Positions 43,694 to 53,599 of a stretch of DNA of 64,000 nt are shown here, piece after piece. Both the position numbers and the translations under genes were made by a program. Within the stretch, counting starts at the first letter, position 1, and every line of letters starts with the position of its first letter. The stretch is from positions 192,001 to 256,000 of the forward strand of contig CAWDVR010000006.1 of assembly GCA_963805975.1 (NCBI GenBank), read 5' to 3'. Source of the DNA: an uncultured Acidobacteriota bacterium. Lineage in GTDB: Bacteria; Acidobacteriota; Thermoanaerobaculia; Multivoradales; SZUA-115. The notes under the pieces were generated by a model, which worked only from the letters and a program-made list of their open reading frames with translations, ran no database searches and was not told where the DNA came from.

Positions 43694-46642
43694 ATGCGCC
43701 GACTGCACGTTTTCACTCTCGCTCTGGCCGTGCTGGTCGCGGCCGGTCCGCTCGCCGCCGGCGACTTTCCCCAGACGGTCGCCTTCCGCGGTGAGGCCCT
43801 GGATGCTTCGGGGCTGCCGCTCGCGGGCAGCCACGACCTGACGTTTCGCTACTTCGACGGCTCCGGCAACGAGCTCTTCGCCGAGCGGCTGGCGGGCGTG
43901 ACCGTAGCGAGCGGTGCGTTCACCGTCGAGCTTGGCACCGGGCGCGCGGCCGGTCATGGCCGCTTCGCGTCGCTCGAGGCGGTCTTCGCCGCCCACCCCG
44001 AGGTGCAGATGGAGGTGGCTGTCGACGGCATCGTCCAGGAGCCGCGCCTGGGTATTCTGCCTGCCGGCCACTCGCTCAAATCGGCGCTGGTCGCCGCCGG
44101 CGTTCGCCCGGCGCAGGACAACGAAGTTCACTGGAAGGGCTACGAATCCAAGAGCACCGCGACCGCCTTCCAGTCCGGCATCCTGGCGCCCCAGGGAACC
44201 CGGCCCCAGGACCCGAACGTCGAGGGCTCGGTGTGGCGCCGCCCGTACACCCTGCCGGTGATCGGCCCCAGCCTCTCCCCCGAGGTTCGCTCTCTGCCCA
44301 TCGCGCGGCCCAAGCCGCTGGCCGCGGACGGCGTCGAGATCAACCGTCCTCGCCACGAGAGCCTGTTCGACGCCAACGGCCACCGCTTCGGCACCACTAC
44401 CGAGAGAATCGACGATTACCTGGCCAACGCGCCCCTGACCGCCACGCGCACCCCGCCCTTGAGCGCCAGCTTCGAGGGCATCAACAACGTCAGCGGCGTG
44501 CTGCCTCCCGATACCGAGATGGCGGTGGGCCCGAACCACGTCGTGCAGGTGGTGAACCTGGTCTTCGCGGTCTACAACAAGTCCGGCACGCTCCTCGCCG
44601 GCCCGTCGAACACCAACACGCTCTGGGCCGGCTTCGGCGGCCCCTGCCAGACCGATAACAGCGGCGACCCCATTTTCCTCTACGACCGCCAGGCGGATCG
44701 CTTCGTGCTGACGCAGTTCGCGGTCGCGGCCGGGCACCGTTCGGTGTGCTTCGCCGTGTCGCAGACCTCGAACCCGCTGGGTGCCTACTACCGTTACGAG
44801 GTGGTCACCCCGCGCTTCCCGGACTACTTCAAGGTCGGCACTTGGCCGGCAGCGAATCACAACGCCTATTTCTTCGGCACCAACTCCGGCTTCCAGTCCC
44901 AGTACGACGTCTTCGCCGTCGACCGCCAGAACATGCTCCTGGGCCTGCCTGCCCGGCCCATGCAGTTCTTCCAGAACTTCACCAACCTGATGATGCCGGC
45001 GGATGCCGATGGCCCGGTAGGCCCCGGGGCCAGCTCTCCCGGCCTGATCTACAACTTCAAGAAGGGCGGCGAGCCCTATTTCGGCAGCCCCCCGACCGAC
45101 CGCATCGACGTCTACTCCTTCGCCGTCAACTGGACGACCCCGGCCTCCACCACCCTGACCCTCACCAACACACTCACCCCGGCGCCCTTCAACTGGACGG
45201 TGTGCGGCTTCTTCGTGCAGAACTGCATTCCGCAGCCGGGCACGGCGCAGGGCCTCGACAGTGCTTCGTGGTGGCCGATGCAGCGCCTGGTCTACCGCAA
45301 CTTCGGCAGTCACGAGACCTTGGTGGGTAGCTGGACGGTGGACGTCAACGTCACCCCGAACCGCGCCGCGCCGCGCTGGTTCGAGCTGCGCAATACCGGC
45401 GGCGGCTGGTCGATCTTCCAGCAGGGCACGCACTCGCCGGACGCCATCCACCGCTGGATGCCGTCGGTCGCCATGGACGGCACCGGCAACATCGCCATCG
45501 GCTACAGCCGGGGTGACGCCGCCAACTTCGCCTCGCTCTACTACGCCACGCACGAGACCACGGACGCGCTCGGCACCATGCAGGCCGAAGCGGTGCTCTT
45601 CGCCGCCAGCGGTTCTCAAACCCACTCGGCGGCCCGGTGGGGCGACTACTCCTCGATGGAGATCGACCCTGCCGACGACTGCACGTTCTGGTACACCTCC
45701 GAGTACCTGGCGGCAACCGGCAGCGCCCCGTGGCGCACCCGCGTCGGCTCTTTCAAGCTCGCGAGCTGCGGCGGCGGTGGCGGCAACACGCCGCCGGTGG
45801 TGGCGATCACCGCACCGGCCAACGGCTCGAGCTTCGCCTCCGGCACCTCGGTGACCTTCACCGGCACGGCAAACGATGCCCAGGACGGCAACCTCTCCGC
45901 GGGCCTCGCCTGGACCTCGTCGATCAACGGTGCGATCGGCAGCGGCGCCTCGTTCTCGACCTCGGCCCTGTCGGTAGGTTCCCACACCATCACCGCCTCG
46001 GTGACGGATTCGGGTGGCCTGCCCGGCTCGGCCGCGATCACCGTCAACATCACCAGCACGACACCCGTGACGGTGACCTTCACCTCGATCGCGGCAGAGG
46101 ACGGCCGCATCCCGGAATCCGGCGAGAACACCAACGTCGGCGGCACCGCCAACTCGAACGGCACCGGCACCGCCGCCTTGCGAGTGGGCGACACCAACCA
46201 GGATCGACAGCTCCGGACGATTCTCTCGTTCGACACCAGCTCGATCCCGGATACCGCCACCGTCACCGCCGCCACGGTGCAGCTCCGGCGTGGCAGCCTC
46301 ACCGGCACCAACCCGTTCGGCACTCACGGCTCCTGCCAGTTGGCCATCGTCACCGGCGCCTTCGGCGGCGCCAACGCCCTGGCCAACGCCGACTTCCAGA
46401 ATGCCGCCACCGTCAACAACGTCGGCACGCTGTCCAACCCGGCCGCGAACGGCGCCACCTCCACGTCGACCCTGAATGCCGCCGGCCGGGCGGCGATCAA
46501 CAAGACCGGCCGCACGCAGTTCCGGGCCGCCTTCACGCTCGACGACAACGACGACACCGGCAACGACTACATCGGCTTCCACAGCGGCAACGACGCCACC
46601 GCCGCCAACCGGCCGATCTTGGTGGTGACGTACACGCCGTAG
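43694..46642 (+). CDS. Large secreted multidomain surface protein (paralog B, 982 aa)
   Basis: AAGGAGG RBS. Same architecture as paralog A but with one Ig-like repeat and no insert domain. Confidence 0.85.
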   Translation: MRRLHVFTLALAVLVAAGPLAAGDFPQTVAFRGEALDASGLPLAGSHDLTFRYFDGSGNELFAERLAGVTVASGAFTVELGTGRAAGHGRFASLEAVFAAHPEVQMEVAVDGIVQEPRLGILPAGHSLKSALVAAGVRPAQDNEVHWKGYESKSTATAFQSGILAPQGTRPQDPNVEGSVWRRPYTLPVIGPSLSPEVRSLPIARPKPLAADGVEINRPRHESLFDANGHRFGTTTERIDDYLANAPLTATRTPPLSASFEGINNVSGVLPPDTEMAVGPNHVVQVVNLVFAVYNKSGTLLAGPSNTNTLWAGFGGPCQTDNSGDPIFLYDRQADRFVLTQFAVAAGHRSVCFAVSQTSNPLGAYYRYEVVTPRFPDYFKVGTWPAANHNAYFFGTNSGFQSQYDVFAVDRQNMLLGLPARPMQFFQNFTNLMMPADADGPVGPGASSPGLIYNFKKGGEPYFGSPPTDRIDVYSFAVNWTTPASTTLTLTNTLTPAPFNWTVCGFFVQNCIPQPGTAQGLDSASWWPMQRLVYRNFGSHETLVGSWTVDVNVTPNRAAPRWFELRNTGGGWSIFQQGTHSPDAIHRWMPSVAMDGTGNIAIGYSRGDAANFASLYYATHETTDALGTMQAEAVLFAASGSQTHSAARWGDYSSMEIDPADDCTFWYTSEYLAATGSAPWRTRVGSFKLASCGGGGGNTPPVVAITAPANGSSFASGTSVTFTGTANDAQDGNLSAGLAWTSSINGAIGSGASFSTSALSVGSHTITASVTDSGGLPGSAAITVNITSTTPVTVTFTSIAAEDGRIPESGENTNVGGTANSNGTGTAALRVGDTNQDRQLRTILSFDTSSIPDTATVTAATVQLRRGSLTGTNPFGTHGSCQLAIVTGAFGGANALANADFQNAATVNNVGTLSNPAANGATSTSTLNAAGRAAINKTGRTQFRAAFTLDDNDDTGNDYIGFHSGNDATAANRPILVVTYTP

Positions 46643-46669
46643 CCGCCCGCCTTTTCTCCGCTACCATCG

Positions 46670-46698
46670 AGCCCGGCCGCGGGGCCGGGCTTCCTTTC
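46670..46698 (+). terminator. Intrinsic terminator-like hairpin
   Basis: AGCCCGGCC-gcgg-GGCCGGGCT followed by TCCTTTC. Confidence 0.55.
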
Positions 46699-46804
46699 GT
46701 AGGCTTGCCCGTGGGTCTCGCCCGGCGCTCCTGGCCGCGCAACCAGGAGCTATCCTCCACGTACAGAGCCGTGCCGGAAACGTCTCGAACCTCCGGGAGG
46801 AACG

Positions 46805-48349
46805 ATGGAGAACGGAAGAGCTCTTTTTCTGGCCGCGCTGCTCGTTGGGTTGGCATCCACCGCATCGGCTGCCGAGAACGCGGGGAACCAAGCCGGCCCC
46901 CCGAAGGGCGAGGCATCCAAACCCGAGCCTCCGGCCCCGCCTCCACCGCGGCGCTTCGCGACCGAGCACCGCCTGGCGAGCGCCGGCACCGATCTGCGCT
47001 ACACCGCTCTCGCCGAGGACGTCTACCTGCACGACGCAGAGGGCAAGCCCACCGCGACTTTCTTCACCCTTTCCTACGTCAAGGCCGGCATGGCGCGCCC
47101 CGAAGACCGCCCCGTCACGTTCGTATTCAACGGCGGCCCGGGCTCCTCATCCGTCTGGCTGCACTTCGGGCTGGTCGGACCCAAGCTGGTGGACCTGCCG
47201 AGCGATGCGTCGGACCCTGGCGTCCCGCCGTATCGCCTGCGGGACAACCCGTGGACCATCCTGCGTGCGACGGACCTGGTGTTCGTCGACCCCGTGGGCA
47301 CCGGTTTCAGCAAGGCGCTGGGCGAGAAGAAGAACAAGGACTTCTGGGGCTTCGACGAGGACGCGGACTCGGTCGCCGAGTTCATCCGCACCTACATCAC
47401 CACTCACGACCGCTGGAACTCGCCGAAGTACCTGCTCGGCGAAAGCTACGGCGGGATCCGCATCGCGCTCCTCGTTCCCCGCCTGCAACAGAACCTCAAC
47501 ATCCGGCTGAACGGCCTGATGCTGGTCTCCCCGGCGCTCAATATGGGCACGCTTCCGTTCTCTATCGCCGGCAACGACCTGCCGTACGCCACGCACCTTC
47601 CCGCCTACGCCGCCAGCGCCTACTACCACAAGCAGCTGCCGGACCCGTGGCCGAGCCTCGAGGCGCTGCTCTCCGAGGTGGAGGCCTTCGCGGGTGGAGA
47701 GTACCTGGCGGCGCTGTTCCAGGGGGACGCGCTCGGCCCGGAGGAGAAGGGGCGGATCGCCGATCGCCTCCACCGCTACACGGGCCTCTCGCGGCAATAC
47801 CTGTTGCGATCGAATCTGCGCATCGACACCCTGCGCTTCCTCAAGGAGCTGCTGCGCGAGGAAGGCAAGGCGGTCGGCCTGCTCGACGGCCGATATGCGC
47901 AGGACGAGCTCGACCAGGTGGCTGCCTACTCCCAGAGCGACCCGTTCTCGGCCAAGACCAGCCCGGTCTATGTCGCCACCTTTCAGAGCTACCTGCGGAA
48001 CGAGCTCGATGTCGACTTAGAGCAGCGCTACATCGACTCCAGTGATGAAGCGAACCAGAGCTGGAAGCGCCCTGCCGGTGGCAACGACTCCTTCTCCGGC
48101 TACGTGGACGTGACCCGCGACCTGGCCCAGGGCACCAAGGACAACGAGGCGCTGCGGGTGTTCTCGGCCGGTGGCTACCACGACCTCACCACCTCATACT
48201 TCGCCACCGAGTACATGCTCCGCCACAGCAGCATCGATCCGGCCCGGCTCACGATCAAGAACTACGACGGCGGCCACATGATGTATCTCCACCAGCCGTC
48301 GCTCGAAGCGCTCTCCAACGACCTCGTGGGATTCATCCAGGGGCGGTGA
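46805..48349 (+). CDS. Secreted S10 serine carboxypeptidase
   Basis: Signal peptide, FNGGPGSSS, DPVGTGFS, GESYGG, GYHDL and GGHMMY. Confidence 0.92.
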   Translation: MENGRALFLAALLVGLASTASAAENAGNQAGPPKGEASKPEPPAPPPPRRFATEHRLASAGTDLRYTALAEDVYLHDAEGKPTATFFTLSYVKAGMARPEDRPVTFVFNGGPGSSSVWLHFGLVGPKLVDLPSDASDPGVPPYRLRDNPWTILRATDLVFVDPVGTGFSKALGEKKNKDFWGFDEDADSVAEFIRTYITTHDRWNSPKYLLGESYGGIRIALLVPRLQQNLNIRLNGLMLVSPALNMGTLPFSIAGNDLPYATHLPAYAASAYYHKQLPDPWPSLEALLSEVEAFAGGEYLAALFQGDALGPEEKGRIADRLHRYTGLSRQYLLRSNLRIDTLRFLKELLREEGKAVGLLDGRYAQDELDQVAAYSQSDPFSAKTSPVYVATFQSYLRNELDVDLEQRYIDSSDEANQSWKRPAGGNDSFSGYVDVTRDLAQGTKDNEALRVFSAGGYHDLTTSYFATEYMLRHSSIDPARLTIKNYDGGHMMYLHQPSLEALSNDLVGFIQGR

Positions 48350-48939
48350 TGGCTCCAGCGCGCCGCCCGCAGCTCGTCATCTCGTGTCACGCTGATACCG
48401 GATTTGCTTCGCATCGACTGCGGCTTACGCATGCCGGGGACTATTTCGGCCATCTCGACAACTTCGTCGGCGTCTATGCCGTGATGCAGGCCTTCTTCAG
48501 CGGCCGGCTCGACCACGACCACGTGCGCATCGAGCTGACCGCCGGCGAGGAAACCGACCTGGCCGGCGCCTACGCCGTGCTGGAGAGCCTGATCCCCGAG
48601 GACGTCGTGGTGGTGGTGGACGTGACCGGGACGGTGACGGAGCGCGACCTGGTGATCGAGAAATGTGCCAGCGACGCGATGCAACGGTTCGTGCACGGGG
48701 CGCTCGCCGGCCTTTCCTACGAGCTCTTCGCCGGCTGCCCGGACCCGATCTCGGACGCCGACGAAAGCGACGTCTACCGGCAGCTCACCGACAACGTGTT
48801 CTTCCTCGGCATTCCCTGCCGCGGCGGTGACTACAACGAGATCATGGTCGAGGCCCGGCGGAGCAGCGTGAGCGCCGCCGCGGAGGCGATCCTGCGGCTG
48901 GCGGCGGCGTTCGCACTGCAGGGAAGGGAAAGGCTGTGA
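48349..48939 (+). CDS. Small Zn-exopeptidase-like (M28/M42-type) protein
   Basis: SCHADT, GHLDN, GEET and VDVT metal-ligand-like motifs. Translationally coupled on both sides. Confidence 0.6.
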   Translation: MAPARRPQLVISCHADTGFASHRLRLTHAGDYFGHLDNFVGVYAVMQAFFSGRLDHDHVRIELTAGEETDLAGAYAVLESLIPEDVVVVVDVTGTVTERDLVIEKCASDAMQRFVHGALAGLSYELFAGCPDPISDADESDVYRQLTDNVFFLGIPCRGGDYNEIMVEARRSSVSAAAEAILRLAAAFALQGRERL

Positions 48940-50309
48940 CCGATCTCACCAAGGGCTCTATCCACGGCCATGTGGGGCGCCTGACGGGCGTGATCCTGTT
49001 CGGGATGGTCTTCCAGACGCTCTATTACCTGGTCGACCTCTACTTCGTGGCCCAGGTGGGCAGCGCCGCGGTGGCGGCGGTGGGCCTCTCGGGCAACCTG
49101 ATGCTGGTGACCCTGGCGCTCACCCAGGCGCTGACCATCGGCACCACGGCCCTGGTCTCCCATGCCTGGGGACGAAAGGACTTCGCCGAAGCCCGCCGCG
49201 TGTTCAACCAGTCGCAGGTGCTGGCGAGCGCGGTCGGTGTGCTGTTCGTTGTGGTGGCCTTCGCGCTGCGCGGCCGGTTCGCCGCCGGCCTTTCCGCCGA
49301 CGCGGCCACCGCCCAGGCGGTGCGCGACTACCTGGACTGGTTCCTGCCCACGATGGGAGTGCAGTTCCTGCTGGTGGCCATGGCCGCGGCGTTGCGTGGC
49401 GCGGGCGAGGTCAAGGTGCCGATGCTGGTACAGGTGGTGGCGGTGGTGATCAACACCGTGCTCGCCCCGGTCCTGATCGTGGGCTGGGGCACGGGCCGGC
49501 CGCTGGGCGTGGCCGGCGCCGGCCTCGCGACCTTCGTCTCGATCTGCGTGGGAGCGCTCTGGCTGGTGCTCTGGCTGCGCAAGCGGCACGACGTACTGCG
49601 TTTCGAGCCTCACCATTGGCGGCCGGACCTGGCGCTTTGGCGCCGGATGCTCGCCATCGGCCTGCCCACCGGCGGTGAGTTCCTGTTGATGTCGGTCTAC
49701 GCCACCCTGATCTACGGCCTGATCCGCGGTTTCGGCGCCGAGGCACAGGCGGGCTTCGGTGTGGGCATGCGGATCCTGCAGACCGGCTTCATGCCGGCGC
49801 TGGCGGTGGCGTTCGCGGTGGCTCCCATCGCCGGCCAGAACTTCGGCGCCGGGCAGTTCCAGCGGGTGCGGGAGACCTTCGTTGCCGGATTGATCTGGGT
49901 GAGCGCCATGATGCTGCTGTTCATGGCCCTGTGCCACATCTCGCCCGCGGCCCTGATCCGGCCCTTTGCCAGCGATCCCGAGGTGGTGGCGGTCGGCACC
50001 GAGATGCTGGGCATCCTGTCGTTCAACTTCCTGGCGGCCGGCGTGGTGTTCGTCGCCGGCGGCCTGTTCCAGGCGCTGGGTAATACAGTGCCCTCGCTCA
50101 TCGCCTCGGCCTCGCGCATCCTGCTCTTCGCGATCCCGGCCCTGGTCATAGCCCGCCAGCCCTGGTTCGATCTTCATCATCTGTGGTGGCTTTCGGTGGC
50201 CTCGGTTCTTTGCCAGGTGGGGCTCGCTCTGGCCTTGCTACGGCGCGAGCTGCGGCGCCGCGCTCCGGTTGCCTCGGGGGAGGCGCTGCCCGCCGAGACC
50301 CTGGGTTAG
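48936..50309 (+). CDS. MATE family efflux transporter
   Basis: DLTKGSI start, about 12 TM segments, LRGAGE..PM and GQNFGAG. Confidence 0.92.
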   Translation: MTDLTKGSIHGHVGRLTGVILFGMVFQTLYYLVDLYFVAQVGSAAVAAVGLSGNLMLVTLALTQALTIGTTALVSHAWGRKDFAEARRVFNQSQVLASAVGVLFVVVAFALRGRFAAGLSADAATAQAVRDYLDWFLPTMGVQFLLVAMAAALRGAGEVKVPMLVQVVAVVINTVLAPVLIVGWGTGRPLGVAGAGLATFVSICVGALWLVLWLRKRHDVLRFEPHHWRPDLALWRRMLAIGLPTGGEFLLMSVYATLIYGLIRGFGAEAQAGFGVGMRILQTGFMPALAVAFAVAPIAGQNFGAGQFQRVRETFVAGLIWVSAMMLLFMALCHISPAALIRPFASDPEVVAVGTEMLGILSFNFLAAGVVFVAGGLFQALGNTVPSLIASASRILLFAIPALVIARQPWFDLHHLWWLSVASVLCQVGLALALLRRELRRRAPVASGEALPAETLG

Positions 50310-50312
50310 AGG

Positions 50313-50717
50313 CTACAGCCCCAGCACCTCGAAACGGCCGTACTGCTGGAAGTGGTGGTCGAAGGTGAAGACCGTGCGCACCGAGCGGCTCTCGGCGACG
50401 GCGAAGGAGATCGCATCGCAGAGGCTCCAGTCCTTGTCGGCATGGCGGGCGAGGATCTCCTTGGCCTTCGACTCCTCATGCGGCAGCGCCGCCACCACGG
50501 GCAGGCCGCCCGCCAGCAACCACTCCCGGGCCAGGAGTCGCCCCAGCTTGCGCAGCAGGAGGGCGTGGGCCTCCGCCTCGATGTAGTTGGTGACGAAGGC
50601 GGGGCGCTCCTCGGAGGCCAGCCGGAAGGCGAGCGCCGCCGCGGTTCGGTGGTCTGCGTCATCCGCGTCGAGCAGCGCGAGGATGGCGCTCGAGTCCCAG
50701 AGGACCGCGCTCCTCAT
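50313..50717 (-). CDS. vapC: VapC-type PIN-domain toxin
   Basis: WDSSA, DADH, EAEA, SLCDAISF and FTFDHHF, with an ATGA overlap with the upstream antitoxin. Confidence 0.88.
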   Translation of the reverse strand: MRSAVLWDSSAILALLDADDADHRTAAALAFRLASEERPAFVTNYIEAEAHALLLRKLGRLLAREWLLAGGLPVVAALPHEESKAKEILARHADKDWSLCDAISFAVAESRSVRTVFTFDHHFQQYGRFEVLGL

Positions 50718-51007
50718 GCGGAGAGGATCGCGTACTTGTCGCGAGCTCCGGGCAGCGCCCCACCGCTCTTGCCAGCTCCCGCCAAACGCAAGATGGGGTG
50801 CTCTGCCGTAAGCGGGGGCAGAGCCTCTTCTCGCTCGCGGCTCCGATACAGCTCCAGTGCAGCACTCGGGATCAGGCGCCGCCCCCGCTCCCGAACCGTC
50901 GGCAGCTCGCCGCGCCGGATCATCCGCCAGATGGTCGATGCGGACACCCCGAGCGCCTCGCCGGCCTCCGCCACGTTCACAAGGTCGGTCTGCGATGGCT
51001 TCAACAT
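50714..51007 (-). CDS. Excisionase-like HTH (HTH_17) antitoxin
   Basis: VAEAGEALGVSASTIWRMIRRGEL...GRRLIP followed by a short C-terminal tail. Start is at 51007 or 51013. Confidence 0.8.
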   Translation of the reverse strand: MLKPSQTDLVNVAEAGEALGVSASTIWRMIRRGELPTVRERGRRLIPSAALELYRSREREEALPPLTAEHPILRLAGAGKSGGALPGARDKYAILSA

Positions 51008-51013
51008 GATCAT

Positions 51014-51046
51014 ATCGTGTCATCATCCTGTCATCCTGTCAATCCA
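51014..51046 (-). promoter_or_regulatory. Toxin-antitoxin promoter with tandem TGACA direct repeats
   Basis: Minus strand reads GGATTGACA-GGATGACA-GGATGATGACA, with TTGACA (51037-51042)-N17-CACGAT (51014-51019). Confidence 0.6.
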
Positions 51047-51060
51047 ATCATCCAGATGAC

Positions 51061-52581
51061 TCAGCCGAGGCGCCGGTCCAAGGCCCGGTACTGGATGGCC
51101 TCGGCCACGTGCTGGGAGCCGAGCTGGGGGGCGCCTTCGAGGTCGGCGATAGTGCGGGCGACTTTGAGCACTCTCCCGAGGGCGCGCGCCGAGAGCCCCA
51201 GCTTCTCGAAGGCGGCGTCGAGAAGGCGTTGGGCGTGGCCGTCGAGCGAGCAATGGCGCCGCAGCCCGTCGGCCCCCAGGCTGGCGTTGATCGGCGAGGA
51301 GGTGGTGGGCCCGAACCGCTCCCGTTGGATGACCCGGGCGGCCAGGATCCGCTCGGCTACCACGAAGGTTGGCTCGGCACGTTCGGTTCGCAGCTCGCGC
51401 ACACCCAGGGCCGGCACCTCGACGTGGAGGTCGATGCGGTCGAGCAACGGCCCCGAGATCCGGCGCCGATAGCGCTCGATGGCGGCCGGCGTACAGGCGC
51501 AGCGCCGGCGCGAGTCCCCCAAGTGACCGCAAGGGCAGGGGTTGAGGGCGCAGACCAGGGAGAAGCGCGCCGGGAAGCGGACGCGGCCCTGGGTACGGAC
51601 GACGGTCACCTCGCCGTCTTCGAGCGGCTGTCGCAGCCCTTCGAGCGCGGCCCGGGGAAACTCCGGCAGCTCGTCGAGAAAGAGCACGCCATTGTGCGCC
51701 AGGCTGACCTCGCCGGGACGAGGGATCGACCCGCCGCCAACCATCGCCGCGACGCTGATCCCGGTGTGCGGGCTGCGGAAGGGCCGGGTCTCGATCAGGC
51801 TGGCCGGCGGGCAGTCGGCGGCCAGCGAGTGCAGCTTGGTCACCGCGATCGCCTCGGCGTGGGTGAGCGCCGGGAGCAGGCCCGGGAGAGCCCGTGCGAG
51901 CATAGTCTTTCCCGAGCCGGGAGGGCCGATCAGCAAGAGGTTGTGCCCGCCGGCCGCCGCGATCTCCAGCGCCCGTTTGGCGGCGAGGTGGCCGCGAATC
52001 TCGGCCAGGTCGTGGGCGGTGTCGGAGCGGTAGGACGGCGGGCAGTGAGCTTCGGCAGGCGCCAGGAGGGTCTTCCCGGTGAGGTGCTCGACCGCTGCGG
52101 CGAGGCTCGCCACCGGGATGGCGCGGGCGGTGCCCAGAGCCGCCGCCTGAGCCGCGCTGGCCGCGGGCAGCAGCACCTCGCGATGGCCGAGCCGCGCCCC
52201 CAGGTCGGCGATCGACAGCGCGCCGCGGATCGGCCGCACTGCGCCGTCCAGCCCCAGCTCGCCGCACAGGAGGCGGTCCGCGAGGAGCTCCTGCGGCAGG
52301 TGGCCGAAGGCGACGAGCAGCGCCAGGGCGATCGCCAGGTCCAGATGATTGCCTTCTTTCTTGAGGTCCGCCGGAGCCAGGTTGATGACCACGGCGCGAG
52401 GGGGCAGTTCGAAGCCGCAGTTCTTGATCGCGGCGCGGACGCGGTCACGGCTCTCGCGAACGGCCGCGTCCGGCAGACCGACGAGCTGCATCTGGGGAAG
52501 CCCGAGCCGGACGTCGACCTCGACGTCGACCGCCCTGGCGTCGATTCCCCAAGGGGTGGCGGAAAGCGCTTTGGCCAGCAT
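51061..52581 (-). CDS. YifB/ComM Mg-chelatase-like AAA ATPase
   Basis: VGLPDAAVRESRDRV, INLAPAD, GPPGSGKT, PFRSPH, NPCPCG and SGPLLDRID. Confidence 0.95.
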   Translation of the reverse strand: MLAKALSATPWGIDARAVDVEVDVRLGLPQMQLVGLPDAAVRESRDRVRAAIKNCGFELPPRAVVINLAPADLKKEGNHLDLAIALALLVAFGHLPQELLADRLLCGELGLDGAVRPIRGALSIADLGARLGHREVLLPAASAAQAAALGTARAIPVASLAAAVEHLTGKTLLAPAEAHCPPSYRSDTAHDLAEIRGHLAAKRALEIAAAGGHNLLLIGPPGSGKTMLARALPGLLPALTHAEAIAVTKLHSLAADCPPASLIETRPFRSPHTGISVAAMVGGGSIPRPGEVSLAHNGVLFLDELPEFPRAALEGLRQPLEDGEVTVVRTQGRVRFPARFSLVCALNPCPCGHLGDSRRRCACTPAAIERYRRRISGPLLDRIDLHVEVPALGVRELRTERAEPTFVVAERILAARVIQRERFGPTTSSPINASLGADGLRRHCSLDGHAQRLLDAAFEKLGLSARALGRVLKVARTIADLEGAPQLGSQHVAEAIQYRALDRRLG

Positions 52582-52913
52582 TGCCGATCAAAGACGGAAA
52601 CCGCCCGTGTCCCCTTACACGCGGCGTTGCCGATCAGGATGTGAGGCATCTCACAGACGAGGGAGGCGGCCTTTCGGTAGGCTGTGCTCGTCTAAAGGTC
52701 GTGCTAGCATCCGAGCGCTCGCAGGTCGGCGAGTGGAGGCACTAAACCAAAGTGTACTGAGCCCTGTCTGTTCCACTTGGGCTGGGAGAGAATCGGAAGG
52801 CACTGGATCCGGCCCTTGCCCTGTAGACTCGGCTCACATACAATGCCGTCACGGAAATCAAGAAACCCAGGCCCGCGCCGAGGCAGGCGGGTCCGCCCTC
52901 TCGGAGGTAAAGG

Positions 52914-53555
52914 ATGAAACGGTCGACGCAACTTGCTCTTGCCCTGGGCCTGATCGGCCTCCTCTCCACGGCTTCCGCCTATGGCGCGGCCTCCTTGGCG
53001 GTGACCAACGCCGCCGCCATGAACGGCACTACCTTCGGCCTCGCGGTTTCTTTCAACGGCGTTGCCGGTGGCCCGGCGTACGTGCAGGACGCGACCCCGA
53101 ACTCGGAGGGCACGTTCAGCGCCTTCTTCTGGATCGATCCGGGCACCATGACGGCCAGCGACGCCCTGCAGCACTCGCACACCGTCTACTCGATCCACAA
53201 CCCGGACGATGGCGTCGCGGTCGTTCGCCTCGACCTCTACCGCCTCTCGGGTGGCACGATGCGCGTCCGCGCCGCCTGCCGCCTGGACGACGGCACCTAT
53301 CAGCGCACGACTCTCATCACCCTGGGCCCCGTGGGCGCTGAGCCGCCCCGCGAGGTGCAGCTCGAGTGGGGCGCGGGCGCCGGTACCGGCTTCTGCCGCA
53401 TGACCCGCTTCGGCGGCACCAACCCGAGCGTCGAGGTCACCGGCCTGGACAACGACACGCTGTCCGTCCGGCGCGCTCGCCTGGGCGCCACCTTCAGCAT
53501 CGACGCCAACGTCACCGGCACCACGTTCCTCGACGAGTACCGGTCCTTCCGGTAA
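52914..53555 (+). CDS. Secreted single-domain beta-rich protein of unknown function
   Basis: GGAGG RBS, the signal peptide MKRSTQLALALGLIGLLSTASAYG and a beta-strand-rich mature part ending FLDEYRSFR. It has its own terminator. Confidence 0.8.
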   Translation: MKRSTQLALALGLIGLLSTASAYGAASLAVTNAAAMNGTTFGLAVSFNGVAGGPAYVQDATPNSEGTFSAFFWIDPGTMTASDALQHSHTVYSIHNPDDGVAVVRLDLYRLSGGTMRVRAACRLDDGTYQRTTLITLGPVGAEPPREVQLEWGAGAGTGFCRMTRFGGTNPSVEVTGLDNDTLSVRRARLGATFSIDANVTGTTFLDEYRSFR

Positions 53556-53599
53556 CGCGACCCACGCGCGCCGGTTCCACCGGCACGTGACTGCAGACG

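Noticed and set aside
41830-46060. Repeated DNA blocks as a CRISPR array or mobile-element repeat
   Set aside because: They are in-frame Ig-like domain repeats and paralogous coding sequence, with no repeat-spacer periodicity.
50714-51013. Prophage or ICE excisionase
   Set aside because: No integrase, att site or phage genes are nearby, and the gene is translationally coupled to a PIN toxin.
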